DNA from: an uncultured Acidobacteriota bacterium
GTDB lineage: Bacteria > Acidobacteriota > Thermoanaerobaculia > Multivoradales > UBA5704
Reading direction: 5' to 3'
Length of the DNA: 64,000 nucleotides
Assembly: GCA_963770895.1 (NCBI GenBank)
Contig: CAVYRF010000002.1
Coordinates: 4,768,001 to 4,832,000 of the forward strand
Below, one piece after another: positions 9,745 through 18,540 of the stretch (positions are counted from its first letter, which is position 1; each line of letters begins with the position of its first letter). The position numbers and the translations under genes are program-made. The notes beneath the pieces were generated by a model that worked only from the letters and a program-made list of their open reading frames with translations, did no database searches and was not told where the DNA came from.

Positions 9745-10587
9745 CTACGGGTGCAGCGCCTGCGCCTTCAGGAAATCGACGATCTTGGCGGCGGCGCCGG
9801 GCGGCACGGTGTGGCCGCCGGCATGGACGATCATCTCGACCGGAGCGCCTTTGGACGAAGGGTAGAGAGTGCAGCCCTGGCCGCAGGCCTGGCCGCCGGT
9901 CGTGGCGCCGTCGACCGCCTGCGCGGCGGCGACGGCTCGCATCTGGCTGGCAACAGGAACGATGGCGTCCTGCTGGCCGATGACCTGCAAAAGCGGCTTG
10001 GCAACGGTGAGCTGCATCCCCGTCCGCAGCGCTCCGGCAATCGACGCGAAACCGGCGAAGGTGCCGGCGCGCGCGGTCCACAGCAGGTAGCTGAAATAGC
10101 CGCCGTTGGAAAAGCCCGCGGCATAGATGCGCCGCGGGTCCAGCGGGTACTTGGCCTTGAGCGACGCCAGCGCCGCGTCGAAGAACTTGAGATCGCGGTC
10201 GCCCAGGTCGCCGGCGTTGCTCTGCCAGCCGGGATGGCGCCCCTGCGGGTCCACCGGGCTTGGCGTCGGCAGGCCCTGCATGTAGACCACCAGCGCTTCC
10301 GGCCACAGGCTTTGGAATCGCATCGCCAGGGCAGCCGTGCCCATCGTGCCGCCGTGGCCGTGGAATGCGAACAGCACCGGCGTCTTTGCATCCTTGAACG
10401 GCGAGGTCGGGGCAAAGACCAGCGCCTGACGGTCCACGCCCTCGATCGCCCAGTGCATGGTCAGCGGCTGGGCTGCGGCCGGGCGCCCCGCCGCCGCGGT
10501 CAGCAGCAGGCCGGCAAGGCCCAGCACGATGCCGGCCGTGCGGGCCGGCCATGATGTGCAAGGTTGGATCGATCTGTCTGGCTTCAT
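9745..10587 (-). CDS. Secreted alpha/beta-hydrolase, PHB depolymerase/LpqP-like esterase
   Basis: FAFHGHGG oxyanion motif, DPRRIYAAGFSNGG nucleophile elbow, GQQDAIVP, GGH; signal peptide. Confidence 0.85.
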   Translation of the reverse strand: MKPDRSIQPCTSWPARTAGIVLGLAGLLLTAAAGRPAAAQPLTMHWAIEGVDRQALVFAPTSPFKDAKTPVLFAFHGHGGTMGTAALAMRFQSLWPEALVVYMQGLPTPSPVDPQGRHPGWQSNAGDLGDRDLKFFDAALASLKAKYPLDPRRIYAAGFSNGGYFSYLLWTARAGTFAGFASIAGALRTGMQLTVAKPLLQVIGQQDAIVPVASQMRAVAAAQAVDGATTGGQACGQGCTLYPSSKGAPVEMIVHAGGHTVPPGAAAKIVDFLKAQALHP

Positions 10588-10610
10588 GGGGGGGCTGCAC
10601 TCCCGTCGGA

Positions 10611-11714
10611 TCAGTTGGCGTCTGCCTGGCCTGCGTCGACATCCAGGTCCGCCGGCGGCAGGAGGCGCTGTAGCCGCGCCAGCAGCAGACGGCCCTTGCC
10701 CACCGCGGCGGGGGTGGACAGCACCAGCACGAGCGCACCATGGCCGCCTTCGCGCCGCACCACGAGGGTGCCGGCATCCGCTTCCAGGACGGCCGATCCG
10801 AGCTGGCCGATCCCCAGACCGAAGGTTGCCACGTCCGCAGCGCCGAGGAGCCGTGCCAGCAGCTCGCTGCTGGCAGCAGCGGTGCCGGCGGCCGTGTCGC
10901 CCGCGAGCGCCAGTACGCTGGGGGTGGGAGCCAGCTGCAGCAGGAGGCGAAAGCCCACCAGCGCGCGCACCTCCATAACCACCTGGCGAGCCTCCATCGA
11001 CAGCGGCTGCGACACCCGCGACGGCGGCTCCGGCAGCGTTCGGTCTGCCTGCGGCGGCACTGTCAGGTGCGGGGGAGCCTGTGGCGTCGCGTCGGGCTCG
11101 AAGCCGGGACTGGAGTCGGGGTCGAGGCTGGGCCCGGAGCCGAGATCCAGCACCTGTTCGGCGGCCGAACCCGCGGCTGGCGACAGATCCAAAACCTGCT
11201 CGGCCGCCGGCGTGGCAGATCCGGAAGGCGCAAGGTCCAGGACGGCTTCGGCGGGAGCGTGGGAGTCCGCGTCAGGAGCCAGATCCAGCGCCACGCCAGC
11301 CGCCTGTCCGGCCGTCGACGTGGCGGGAAGGCCGAGCACCCGCTCGGCAACGGCCAGCAGCACGCCCGCGTCCAGCGGCTTCTTGAGCACCCCGACGACG
11401 CCCAGCTTTTCGACCTCGCGCTCGACCTCGTCGTCGACGATGCTGGAGATCAGCAGCACCCGCGTCGCCGCCAGCTGCGGCACCTGGCGCAGCCAACGGC
11501 AGATCTGGTAGCCGTCCACGTCCGGGAGCACCAGGTCGCAGATCAGCAGGTCGGGCACCGCGCCAGGCAACCGGGCAACCGCCTCGTAGCCCGAAGCACA
11601 GCTGGCGACCGAGATCCCGCGCGCCCCCAGCACCTGTCCGATCTCCGCCCGCACGGCGGAGCTGTTGTCGATGACCAGCACCCGCGCCGCCCCCCCGAGC
11701 GCCGTCATCGCCAA
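10611..11714 (-). CDS. Response regulator: receiver domain + repeat linker + Roadblock/LC7-like C-terminal domain
   Basis: VLVIDNS, PDLLICDLVLPDVDG, VLKKP; C-terminus LGSAVLEADAGTLVV...LVLVLSTPAAVGKGRL resembles MglB/Roadblock; start could be 11708. Confidence 0.7.
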   Translation of the reverse strand: MAMTALGGAARVLVIDNSSAVRAEIGQVLGARGISVASCASGYEAVARLPGAVPDLLICDLVLPDVDGYQICRWLRQVPQLAATRVLLISSIVDDEVEREVEKLGVVGVLKKPLDAGVLLAVAERVLGLPATSTAGQAAGVALDLAPDADSHAPAEAVLDLAPSGSATPAAEQVLDLSPAAGSAAEQVLDLGSGPSLDPDSSPGFEPDATPQAPPHLTVPPQADRTLPEPPSRVSQPLSMEARQVVMEVRALVGFRLLLQLAPTPSVLALAGDTAAGTAAASSELLARLLGAADVATFGLGIGQLGSAVLEADAGTLVVRREGGHGALVLVLSTPAAVGKGRLLLARLQRLLPPADLDVDAGQADAN

Positions 11715-11986
11715 GGCCGCAAGGAGCCACGCCGCGCCGTGCCGCCCGCGGTCACTCCAACCACCGATTGCCGAAGCATGTTGCGGTCAGTATACCGGCA
11801 GCCGCCCGCACCCCGCAACGAAACGGCCCCTCGCGCGACGGCGGCCGCCAAGCCAATGACGAGAATCCGTGCGGCATGTCCGTCCAAAGCGTCATGGCGT
11901 CCTGCCAGACCCGGTGGTAGATCGGAAACCGCTGGTCATCTGGATCGAGACATGCGGGTGAAGGGCCGACTCATAGGGAGAGCAGC

Positions 11987-14635
11987 ATGTTGCACGAAGG
12001 CAGCGGTGCCGGCCGTCACACGGCGGCGGAGCGGCAGGGTGTCGCGGACGCTCCGGCCGCAGGGCGGCTGCGGAAGATCGCCGTCGTGGTGGTGCACGGT
12101 GTCGGGGACCAGAAGCCGGGAGAGCCGGTGCGGGCGGTGGGCAACCTGCTGCTGAGCTCCCAGAAGCAGGACTGCGGCTCAGTTGGCGAGCTGGCGCCAC
12201 GGACGGTGCGCATCCCGCTGCGCAAGGTCGCGGTTGCCGGGAGGGTCGAGACGCCCCGCAAGCGCGGCATGTTCACGTTTGACGAGCGGTCGCCCTACGC
12301 CCGCTCCAAGCTGCACCAGGCGAGGGCCACCCCTGGCCCTGGTCCTGGTCTCCGGTCGCCGGAAGGGGATGCGCCGCCGCCGCAGGGGCAGAGCGCTGGC
12401 CGGGGCGCCCGCAACGACGCCGGCACCCAGGACGGCGGGGATGCGGGGTACGAGTTCATGCGGGCGCAGCTTGCGGGCTATAAGCCTGCGGCCGCGGGCG
12501 ACAAGGAGGAGCTGGCCTACGAGGTCGCGTGCCTGGAAGGCTACGTACGTGACGGGCAGGGCAAGCCGGTGGCGCGGCTCGACATGTACGAGATGTTCTG
12601 GGCCGACCTGGGGAAGATCGGCACCGGCATTCTTTCGGTCTTTGGGCACCTCTACCAGCTGTTGTTCCACCTGCCCAGCCTGGGGCGCCAGACGGCGGAC
12701 TTCACCGCGATCGAGCAGCCGGGAAAGTGGGCGTGGCAGGCGTTCATGCGTTCTCGCAATGCCGCCGTGCGCGTCCTGACCCTGGCGGTGCCGATCCTCA
12801 ATCTGATCCTGGTCATCGCGTCGCTGGTCGCTCTGTCGGGAGCGCCGCGGTTGCAGCGCTATCAGCCCTGGGCCGCCGCGGGCCTCGCCGTCCTGTTGTC
12901 GATCGGGGCGGTCCTGGCATGGCTGTGGAAGAAGCCGCCGCCGACGACCGTGTCCTGGTATCTGCGGCCGATCGCTGCCGGCGCCGTCCTGGTCGGCCTG
13001 AGCCTGACGGCTGCCTGCGCCTATCCCAATCATGCCTTGGCCATCGAAGCGTGGCTGGCGGGATGTGTCGCGGCGCTGGTCGTTTTGGGCCGGTACGACA
13101 AGTTCAGGCCGGGGGCGCTTGGCTGCGGCCTGGTCGGGATCGCGGCTGCTTCGGCGTGGTTTGGCTGCGAAAGCTGGACCGCTCACGGATCGGCGGCCGG
13201 CAACGCGACGATCGGGCTCCATGTCATCCAGCTCGGGCTGTGCGCGCTCAGGATTTCATGGGTGCTGGTGGCGCTCTGCTTTGCGGGGGCGCTGGCGGCG
13301 AGCGCGTGGGCACTGGTGAGCACACGCCCTGCTGACCGTCGCCGCTCAGCCCGCGGCGTGTGGACCGCCCACACCACGCTGGGTCTCTCGTCGGCGCTGG
13401 TGCTGATCCTCAACCTGTCGCTGTGGAGCGCGGTGATTCAGTTTGCCGCCAAGCCCCTGTTGCAGCCGGACCCGCAGGGCAACCCGGTGACCGTACAGCA
13501 GCTGTGCAACGGCCACCCTTGCGCCGACCTGACCTTGCAGCAGCCGTGCGCCAGGATCCAGCCGCTGCCGGTGGGGAAGTTTTGGCAGGAGCCCGATACG
13601 GCCTGCGCGGTCGATCTGGCCAATGAACTGATCACTGTCCACGCGGGTTGGGGTTTTGTGCTCTCCCTCTGCGGGCTGGCCGTGGTGCTGCTGGTGGCGG
13701 TGTGGGGGCTGGCGCCATCGATCGTGGCCGAGATCGATCCGCCGCAGCGCTCCAAAACGGAACGGGCGCGGCGCTTCGGCCGGTGGCTCACGTGCGGAAT
13801 GAGTGTCATCGGCAGGTGCGTCTTCCTGCTCGGGCCGCTGCTCGTCGGCGGCGTCCTGTGGTCTGCCGTCCTGGCCGGTCACGGCCATTCGCCGATCCTG
13901 TTCTGGATCTCGGACCTGGCGGTGTTCGCACTGGTCGGCGGCAGGCAGTGGTTGAGCTCGGTGGGCGTGATCCTGGGGATCATGCTGGAGATCGACAACT
14001 ACATCCGCGAGCACCCGACCGAATCGGCGCCGCGCGCCCGGATCGCCGAGCGCTTCGCATCCCTGCTGCGCCATATCGGGCAGGACCGGCGGCACGGCCT
14101 TGCAGGGTACGACGCGGTGATCTTCGTCGCGCACAGTCAGGGGACCGTGGTCACGGCGGACCTGCTGCGGTTCCTGGCGATGGAGCGCCGGCTGCCGGAG
14201 GCGCAGCACGAGCCTGCGCTGCGCTGGCTGGAATGGACTCCGATCTGTCTGTTCACCATGGGATGCCCGCTGCGTCAGCTCTACGGGTGGTGCTTTCCCA
14301 ACCTGTACGACTGGGCAATGCCACCGGCGACGGCCGCGGCCGGCAGCTGGCTTCCCGGCAACGTGCGCTGGCTGAACGCCTACCGCAGCGGCGACTACGT
14401 CGGCCGGTATCTATGGGCGCCGCCCGAGCATCCCGACGTGTGGACACGCTGGCCCGCCGGCGCCGCAGGACTGATGCACTTTGTGAACGGCGCGGGCACG
14501 CAGGCCGAGGGGTGCATCGGCGAGGGCGCCCACACCCACTACTGGGACGCGACGGCCGGCGACGTGGCCGCGCTGCTCCAGGGGCTGGTCGTTTCCAGCC
14601 TGGGTGAGCCGTTCTCTCCCTTCCCGCCGGGCTAG
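11987..14635 (+). CDS. Multi-pass membrane protein with a split alpha/beta-hydrolase (lipase-like) domain
   Basis: N-terminal VVVHGVGDQ; roughly 10-12 hydrophobic segments; C-terminal FVAHSQGT, LFTMGCPL, NAYRSGDYVG, AHTHYW; GGGAG RBS. Confidence 0.75.
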   Translation: MLHEGSGAGRHTAAERQGVADAPAAGRLRKIAVVVVHGVGDQKPGEPVRAVGNLLLSSQKQDCGSVGELAPRTVRIPLRKVAVAGRVETPRKRGMFTFDERSPYARSKLHQARATPGPGPGLRSPEGDAPPPQGQSAGRGARNDAGTQDGGDAGYEFMRAQLAGYKPAAAGDKEELAYEVACLEGYVRDGQGKPVARLDMYEMFWADLGKIGTGILSVFGHLYQLLFHLPSLGRQTADFTAIEQPGKWAWQAFMRSRNAAVRVLTLAVPILNLILVIASLVALSGAPRLQRYQPWAAAGLAVLLSIGAVLAWLWKKPPPTTVSWYLRPIAAGAVLVGLSLTAACAYPNHALAIEAWLAGCVAALVVLGRYDKFRPGALGCGLVGIAAASAWFGCESWTAHGSAAGNATIGLHVIQLGLCALRISWVLVALCFAGALAASAWALVSTRPADRRRSARGVWTAHTTLGLSSALVLILNLSLWSAVIQFAAKPLLQPDPQGNPVTVQQLCNGHPCADLTLQQPCARIQPLPVGKFWQEPDTACAVDLANELITVHAGWGFVLSLCGLAVVLLVAVWGLAPSIVAEIDPPQRSKTERARRFGRWLTCGMSVIGRCVFLLGPLLVGGVLWSAVLAGHGHSPILFWISDLAVFALVGGRQWLSSVGVILGIMLEIDNYIREHPTESAPRARIAERFASLLRHIGQDRRHGLAGYDAVIFVAHSQGTVVTADLLRFLAMERRLPEAQHEPALRWLEWTPICLFTMGCPLRQLYGWCFPNLYDWAMPPATAAAGSWLPGNVRWLNAYRSGDYVGRYLWAPPEHPDVWTRWPAGAAGLMHFVNGAGTQAEGCIGEGAHTHYWDATAGDVAALLQGLVVSSLGEPFSPFPPG

Positions 14636-14711
14636 GGACAGGGCGGTGCAGCGGCGGCGCCGGGTCGGTCCGGCGCTCTCCAGGCTGCCCGGATTGGTGT
14701 AGTGTGCGGGC

Positions 14712-16232
14712 GTGGTGGTGGAGGAGCCGGCTGCTGCGGCGGCGCGTCCGCTCCGCCTGGAGCGGTGGTTTGGGCGGTGGTGCCCGCCCGGGGTGGCGAC
14801 GTTTTTCTGGTCGCGGTGGATCTTCCTGCGGGCGCTCGGGCTGATCTTCTTTTCGGCTTTCTATTCGCTGGCGTTTCAGATCCATGGGCTGATCGGTCCG
14901 CAGGGCATCCTGCCGGCGGCGGACTATCTGCGGCTGGTGGCGCGGTCGTATGCGGGCAACCGGTTCTGGCTGGCGCCGACGCTGCTGTGGCTGGGGGCGG
15001 GCGACGGGGCGTTGACGGCGCTGGTGGCGGTGGGCCTGGCGGCGTCGGTGTTGCTGGTGCTCAACCTGTGGCCGCGCGGGGCGCTGGTGGCGGCGATCCT
15101 GGCGTTCCTGTCGTTCATCGCCGCGGCGCAGGATTTTGCGTCGTACCAATCCGACGGCATGCTGCTGGAGGCGGGATTGCTGTCCTGCCTGCTGGCGCCG
15201 CCGGGGCTGCGGCCGCGGCTGGGAGCGGCGCACCCGCCTTCGTGGGCATCGCTCTGGCTGCTGCGCTGGGAATGGTTCCGCATCTATTTCGAATCGGGCA
15301 TCGTCAAGCTGGCGAGCGGCGATCCGCAGTGGCGCCACCTGACGGCGATGGATCACTATTACGAGAACGGGCCGCTGCCGACGTGGCTGGGCTGGTACGC
15401 GCACCAGCTGCCGCATGGGTTCCACGCCGCGACCGCGCTGCTGACGCTGGTGGTGGAGCTGGGGGTGGTGTGGCTGGTTTTCCTGCCGCGCCCGTTCCGC
15501 GTCGCGCTGGCGCTGCTGGTGACGCCGCTGCAGATCGGCATCATCGCCACCGCCAACTATGCCTTCCTCAACTACCTGGTGCTGTTCCTGGGCGTGCTGC
15601 TGCTCGACGACGCCTGCTGGCGGCGCTGCGGACTGCCGCCGGTCGCCGCGTGTCCGCCGGCGCGGTCGCGGCAGTGGCGGCTGCTTGCCGCGGCGGCGGT
15701 GTCGGCGTGGGTGTTCTACGCCACGGTCGTGGCCTTCGTGCCGCAGCTGGTGCCGCGAGCGCTGGTCGCGCCGGCCGTGGCGCTGGAACCGTTCCGCGTC
15801 GCCAACCGCTATGGACTGTTCGCGGTGATGACCCGCGCCCGCTACGAGATCGAGTTCCAAGGCACCCTGGACGGGCATTCCTGGATCGCCTATCCCTTCC
15901 GCTACAAGCCCCAGGACGTGCTGCAGGCGCCGGGCATCTACGCGCCGTACCAGCCGCGCTTCGAATGGAACCTGTGGTTCGCCTCGCTCGCCAGCTGGGA
16001 ATCCTACCCCTGGGTGGTGACCACCGAAGAGCGGCTGCTGGCCGCTCAGCCGGCCGTGCTGCACCTGTTCGCCCGCGATCCCTTCCACGGCCGCCGGCCC
16101 GTCCAGGTGCGCGCCGTGCTGTGGCAGTACTGGTTTACCGACCGCGCCACCCGCGCCGCCACCGGCGCCTGGTGGCGACGAGAGCTGCTCGGCCCGTACG
16201 CCCCCGCCGTCGACGCCGGGTCGGAGCCGTGA
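14712..16232 (+). CDS. Lipase maturation factor (LMF1) family membrane protein
   Basis: GLIGPQGILP, QSDGMLLEAG, YFESGIVK, HYYENGPLP, NRYGLFAVMT, PYQPRFEWNLWFA. Confidence 0.9.
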   Translation: MVVEEPAAAAARPLRLERWFGRWCPPGVATFFWSRWIFLRALGLIFFSAFYSLAFQIHGLIGPQGILPAADYLRLVARSYAGNRFWLAPTLLWLGAGDGALTALVAVGLAASVLLVLNLWPRGALVAAILAFLSFIAAAQDFASYQSDGMLLEAGLLSCLLAPPGLRPRLGAAHPPSWASLWLLRWEWFRIYFESGIVKLASGDPQWRHLTAMDHYYENGPLPTWLGWYAHQLPHGFHAATALLTLVVELGVVWLVFLPRPFRVALALLVTPLQIGIIATANYAFLNYLVLFLGVLLLDDACWRRCGLPPVAACPPARSRQWRLLAAAAVSAWVFYATVVAFVPQLVPRALVAPAVALEPFRVANRYGLFAVMTRARYEIEFQGTLDGHSWIAYPFRYKPQDVLQAPGIYAPYQPRFEWNLWFASLASWESYPWVVTTEERLLAAQPAVLHLFARDPFHGRRPVQVRAVLWQYWFTDRATRAATGAWWRRELLGPYAPAVDAGSEP

Positions 16233-16289
16233 AGGTTTGTCGAGCCCCGGGCGCAGTACGGTGGCCGCTGTGCTTAGCCAAGTGCGATC

Positions 16290-16508
16290 TCAGCGAACCT
16301 GGCGAAGGAAATCGCTCAGCTCGATCTCGGCATCCCTCAGGGCTCCGCGGAGCGTATAGCGGTCGATCTCGTCATGGTAAGGAAACACGATCACTCGGCC
16401 ATCAAGGTGACGCATTTTTACGTGGCTGCCCTTGCGATGGGTTTCCGCGAAGGCGAGTCGTTCGAGCGCTCTGAGAACCTGGCCCCCAGAGAGCAGTGGT
16501 ACCTTCAT
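16290..16508 (-). CDS. hicA: HicA family toxin (mRNA interferase)
   Basis: 72 aa, basic, RKGSHVKM motif, TLRGALRDA. Confidence 0.9.
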   Translation of the reverse strand: MKVPLLSGGQVLRALERLAFAETHRKGSHVKMRHLDGRVIVFPYHDEIDRYTLRGALRDAEIELSDFLRQVR

Positions 16509-16708
16509 ATTGCGATCTTGACGACTTCGTGCTGTCCGTCGGCGGGTAGCTCGCCTGGATCTGCCTCCAGGTATAGCTCGATTGCCTCTCGCACGTTGTG
16601 GAGTGCTTCCTCACGGTTTCGCCCTTGCGACCAACAGCTCTTTAGCGCTGGGCAGTGCGCAACCACCATCCCGTCCTCTCCTGGTTCCAGGACAATGCTC
16701 AGGTCCAT
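16505..16708 (-). CDS. hicB: HicB family antitoxin (short, no DNA-binding domain)
   Basis: VAHCPALKSCWSQGRNREEALHNVREAIELYL; AAGGAGGAG RBS; ATGA overlap with hicA. Confidence 0.9.
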   Translation of the reverse strand: MDLSIVLEPGEDGMVVAHCPALKSCWSQGRNREEALHNVREAIELYLEADPGELPADGQHEVVKIAI

Positions 16709-17057
16709 GACTCCTCCTTTGTCGGTCGGGGCTCACAACGCCGAGCCCCGACCGGCGCCTTTGCGTCGCCATCAATGGTAGCAGGGCTAGCAAGCCGAGA
16801 GCCGATCACGGCGCTTCCAGTTTTTTGGAGCTCGCCAAACTTTTTTCAGCTGACCAGCCGGTGCCGGCGCCGGCCGGGTGGTGCCGCGGCGAGGTGCTGC
16901 CGCGGGCCGGCGATGCGCACCGCAGCGGCGGCCGGCAGGATCGGGCGCGCCGGGAAGGCGTATGTGCACAGATACTTTTGAAGCGCCTGCCGCGGCGCGG
17001 CGCTTGACAGGGGTGGGCGGCGCTGGTCTGATGCGGGGACTTTCGCGGAGGTGGTCC

Positions 17058-18497
17058 ATGGGCTCAAGTCGCCGTCGTCTGCTGGTCGGGATTGTCGCGG
17101 TGTGTGCGCTGGCGCTCGGTTTGGTCGTCGCGCTGCCGCGGCTGGGCGCGGCCGCGATCGCGGCACCTGCTGCGGCGGGCGGCTCAGCCGCTTCGGCGGC
17201 CATGCCCGCGGCCACGGCGGGCTCGCCGGCCCCTGGGGCCGGCGCGGTGCCTCAGGGGGCAGCCGCGGCGGATGCCGCCGTGGACCCTGACCTGGTGGCG
17301 CTCTACATCGATCTGCACCAGCATCCCGAGCTGTCGCTGCATGAGGAGAAGACGGCGGCGAAGCTGGCCGAGCGGCTGCGGCGGCTGGGTTTCGAGGTGA
17401 CGACGGGAGTGGGCGGCACCGGCGTCGTGGGGGTGCTGCGCAACGGCCAGGGGCCGACGGTGATGTTGCGCACCGAGCTGGACGCGCTGCCGGTCGAAGA
17501 GAAGACCGGCCTGCCTTACGCCAGCACGGTCAAGACCAAGAATGACGCGGGGCTGGAGGTGCCGGTGATGCACGCGTGCGGCCACGACGTGCATATGACC
17601 GTCTGGGCTGGCACGGCGGCGCGCATGGTGGCGGCGCGCGCCAGCTGGCACGGCACGCTGGTGCTGATCGCGCAGCCCGCCGAAGAGGTGGTGCGCGGCG
17701 CCAAGGCGATGCTGGCGGACGGGCTCTTCACCCGCTTCCCCAAGCCTGATTATGCGATCGCGCTGCACGACTCACCGCGCGTGCCGGCGGGCAAGATCGG
17801 CTTCACGTCCGGCTTCACCCTGGCGGCATCCGACTCGGTGGACGTGGTGATCCACGGCAAGGGGGGGCATGGGGCGGCGCCGCAGACGACGATCGACCCG
17901 GTGGTGATCGCGGCGCGGACCGTGCTCGCCCTGCAGACCATCGTGTCGCGCGAGGACGATCCGCTCGACCCGGCGGTGGTGACGGTCGGTTCGATCCACG
18001 GCGGCACGAAGCACAACATCATCCCCGACGAAGTGAAGCTGCAGCTGTCGGTGCGCACCTACCGCAAGGAGGTCCGCCGCCACGTGCTGGACGCCATCGC
18101 GCGCATCGCCCGCGCCGAAGCGGCGGCGGCCGGCGCGACGCAGGAGCCCGACGTAAAGGTGGTGGACAGCGTGTCCGCGACCTACAACGACCCCAAGCTG
18201 ACGGCGCGGATGGCGGCGGCCCTGCGGCAGCGCCTGGGCGACGCCAACGTGGTCGAGGGCGCGCCCGAAATGGCCTCCGAAGACTTCAGCGAGTTCGGCA
18301 ACGCCGGCGTGCCGGCGGTATTGTTCAGGCTGGGGGCCGCGGACCCCGCGGCGCTCGCCAAGGCGCAGGCCGCGGGCGTCGAGCTGCCCTCGCTGCACTC
18401 CTCGCTCTTCGCGCCCGACCGCGACCCCACCCTGCGCACCGGCGTCGAAGCCGAGGTGGCGATGCTGCTCGACCTGTTCAACCGCCGCGCCAGCTGA
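17058..18497 (+). CDS. Secreted M20 family amidohydrolase
   Basis: LHQHPELS, RTELDALP, MHACGHD, QPAEE, SEDF; GGAGG before ATG 17058; signal peptide. Confidence 0.92.
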   Translation: MGSSRRRLLVGIVAVCALALGLVVALPRLGAAAIAAPAAAGGSAASAAMPAATAGSPAPGAGAVPQGAAAADAAVDPDLVALYIDLHQHPELSLHEEKTAAKLAERLRRLGFEVTTGVGGTGVVGVLRNGQGPTVMLRTELDALPVEEKTGLPYASTVKTKNDAGLEVPVMHACGHDVHMTVWAGTAARMVAARASWHGTLVLIAQPAEEVVRGAKAMLADGLFTRFPKPDYAIALHDSPRVPAGKIGFTSGFTLAASDSVDVVIHGKGGHGAAPQTTIDPVVIAARTVLALQTIVSREDDPLDPAVVTVGSIHGGTKHNIIPDEVKLQLSVRTYRKEVRRHVLDAIARIARAEAAAAGATQEPDVKVVDSVSATYNDPKLTARMAAALRQRLGDANVVEGAPEMASEDFSEFGNAGVPAVLFRLGAADPAALAKAQAAGVELPSLHSSLFAPDRDPTLRTGVEAEVAMLLDLFNRRAS

Positions 18498-18540
18498 GGG
18501 AGGGCTTGGCGTCGAGAGGGGGATAGGACGCGGCGCTTTG

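Noticed and set aside
11130-11300. Regularly spaced repeats resembling a small array
   Set aside because: Degenerate, in frame and protein-coding (xxVLDL repeats of the response regulator linker)
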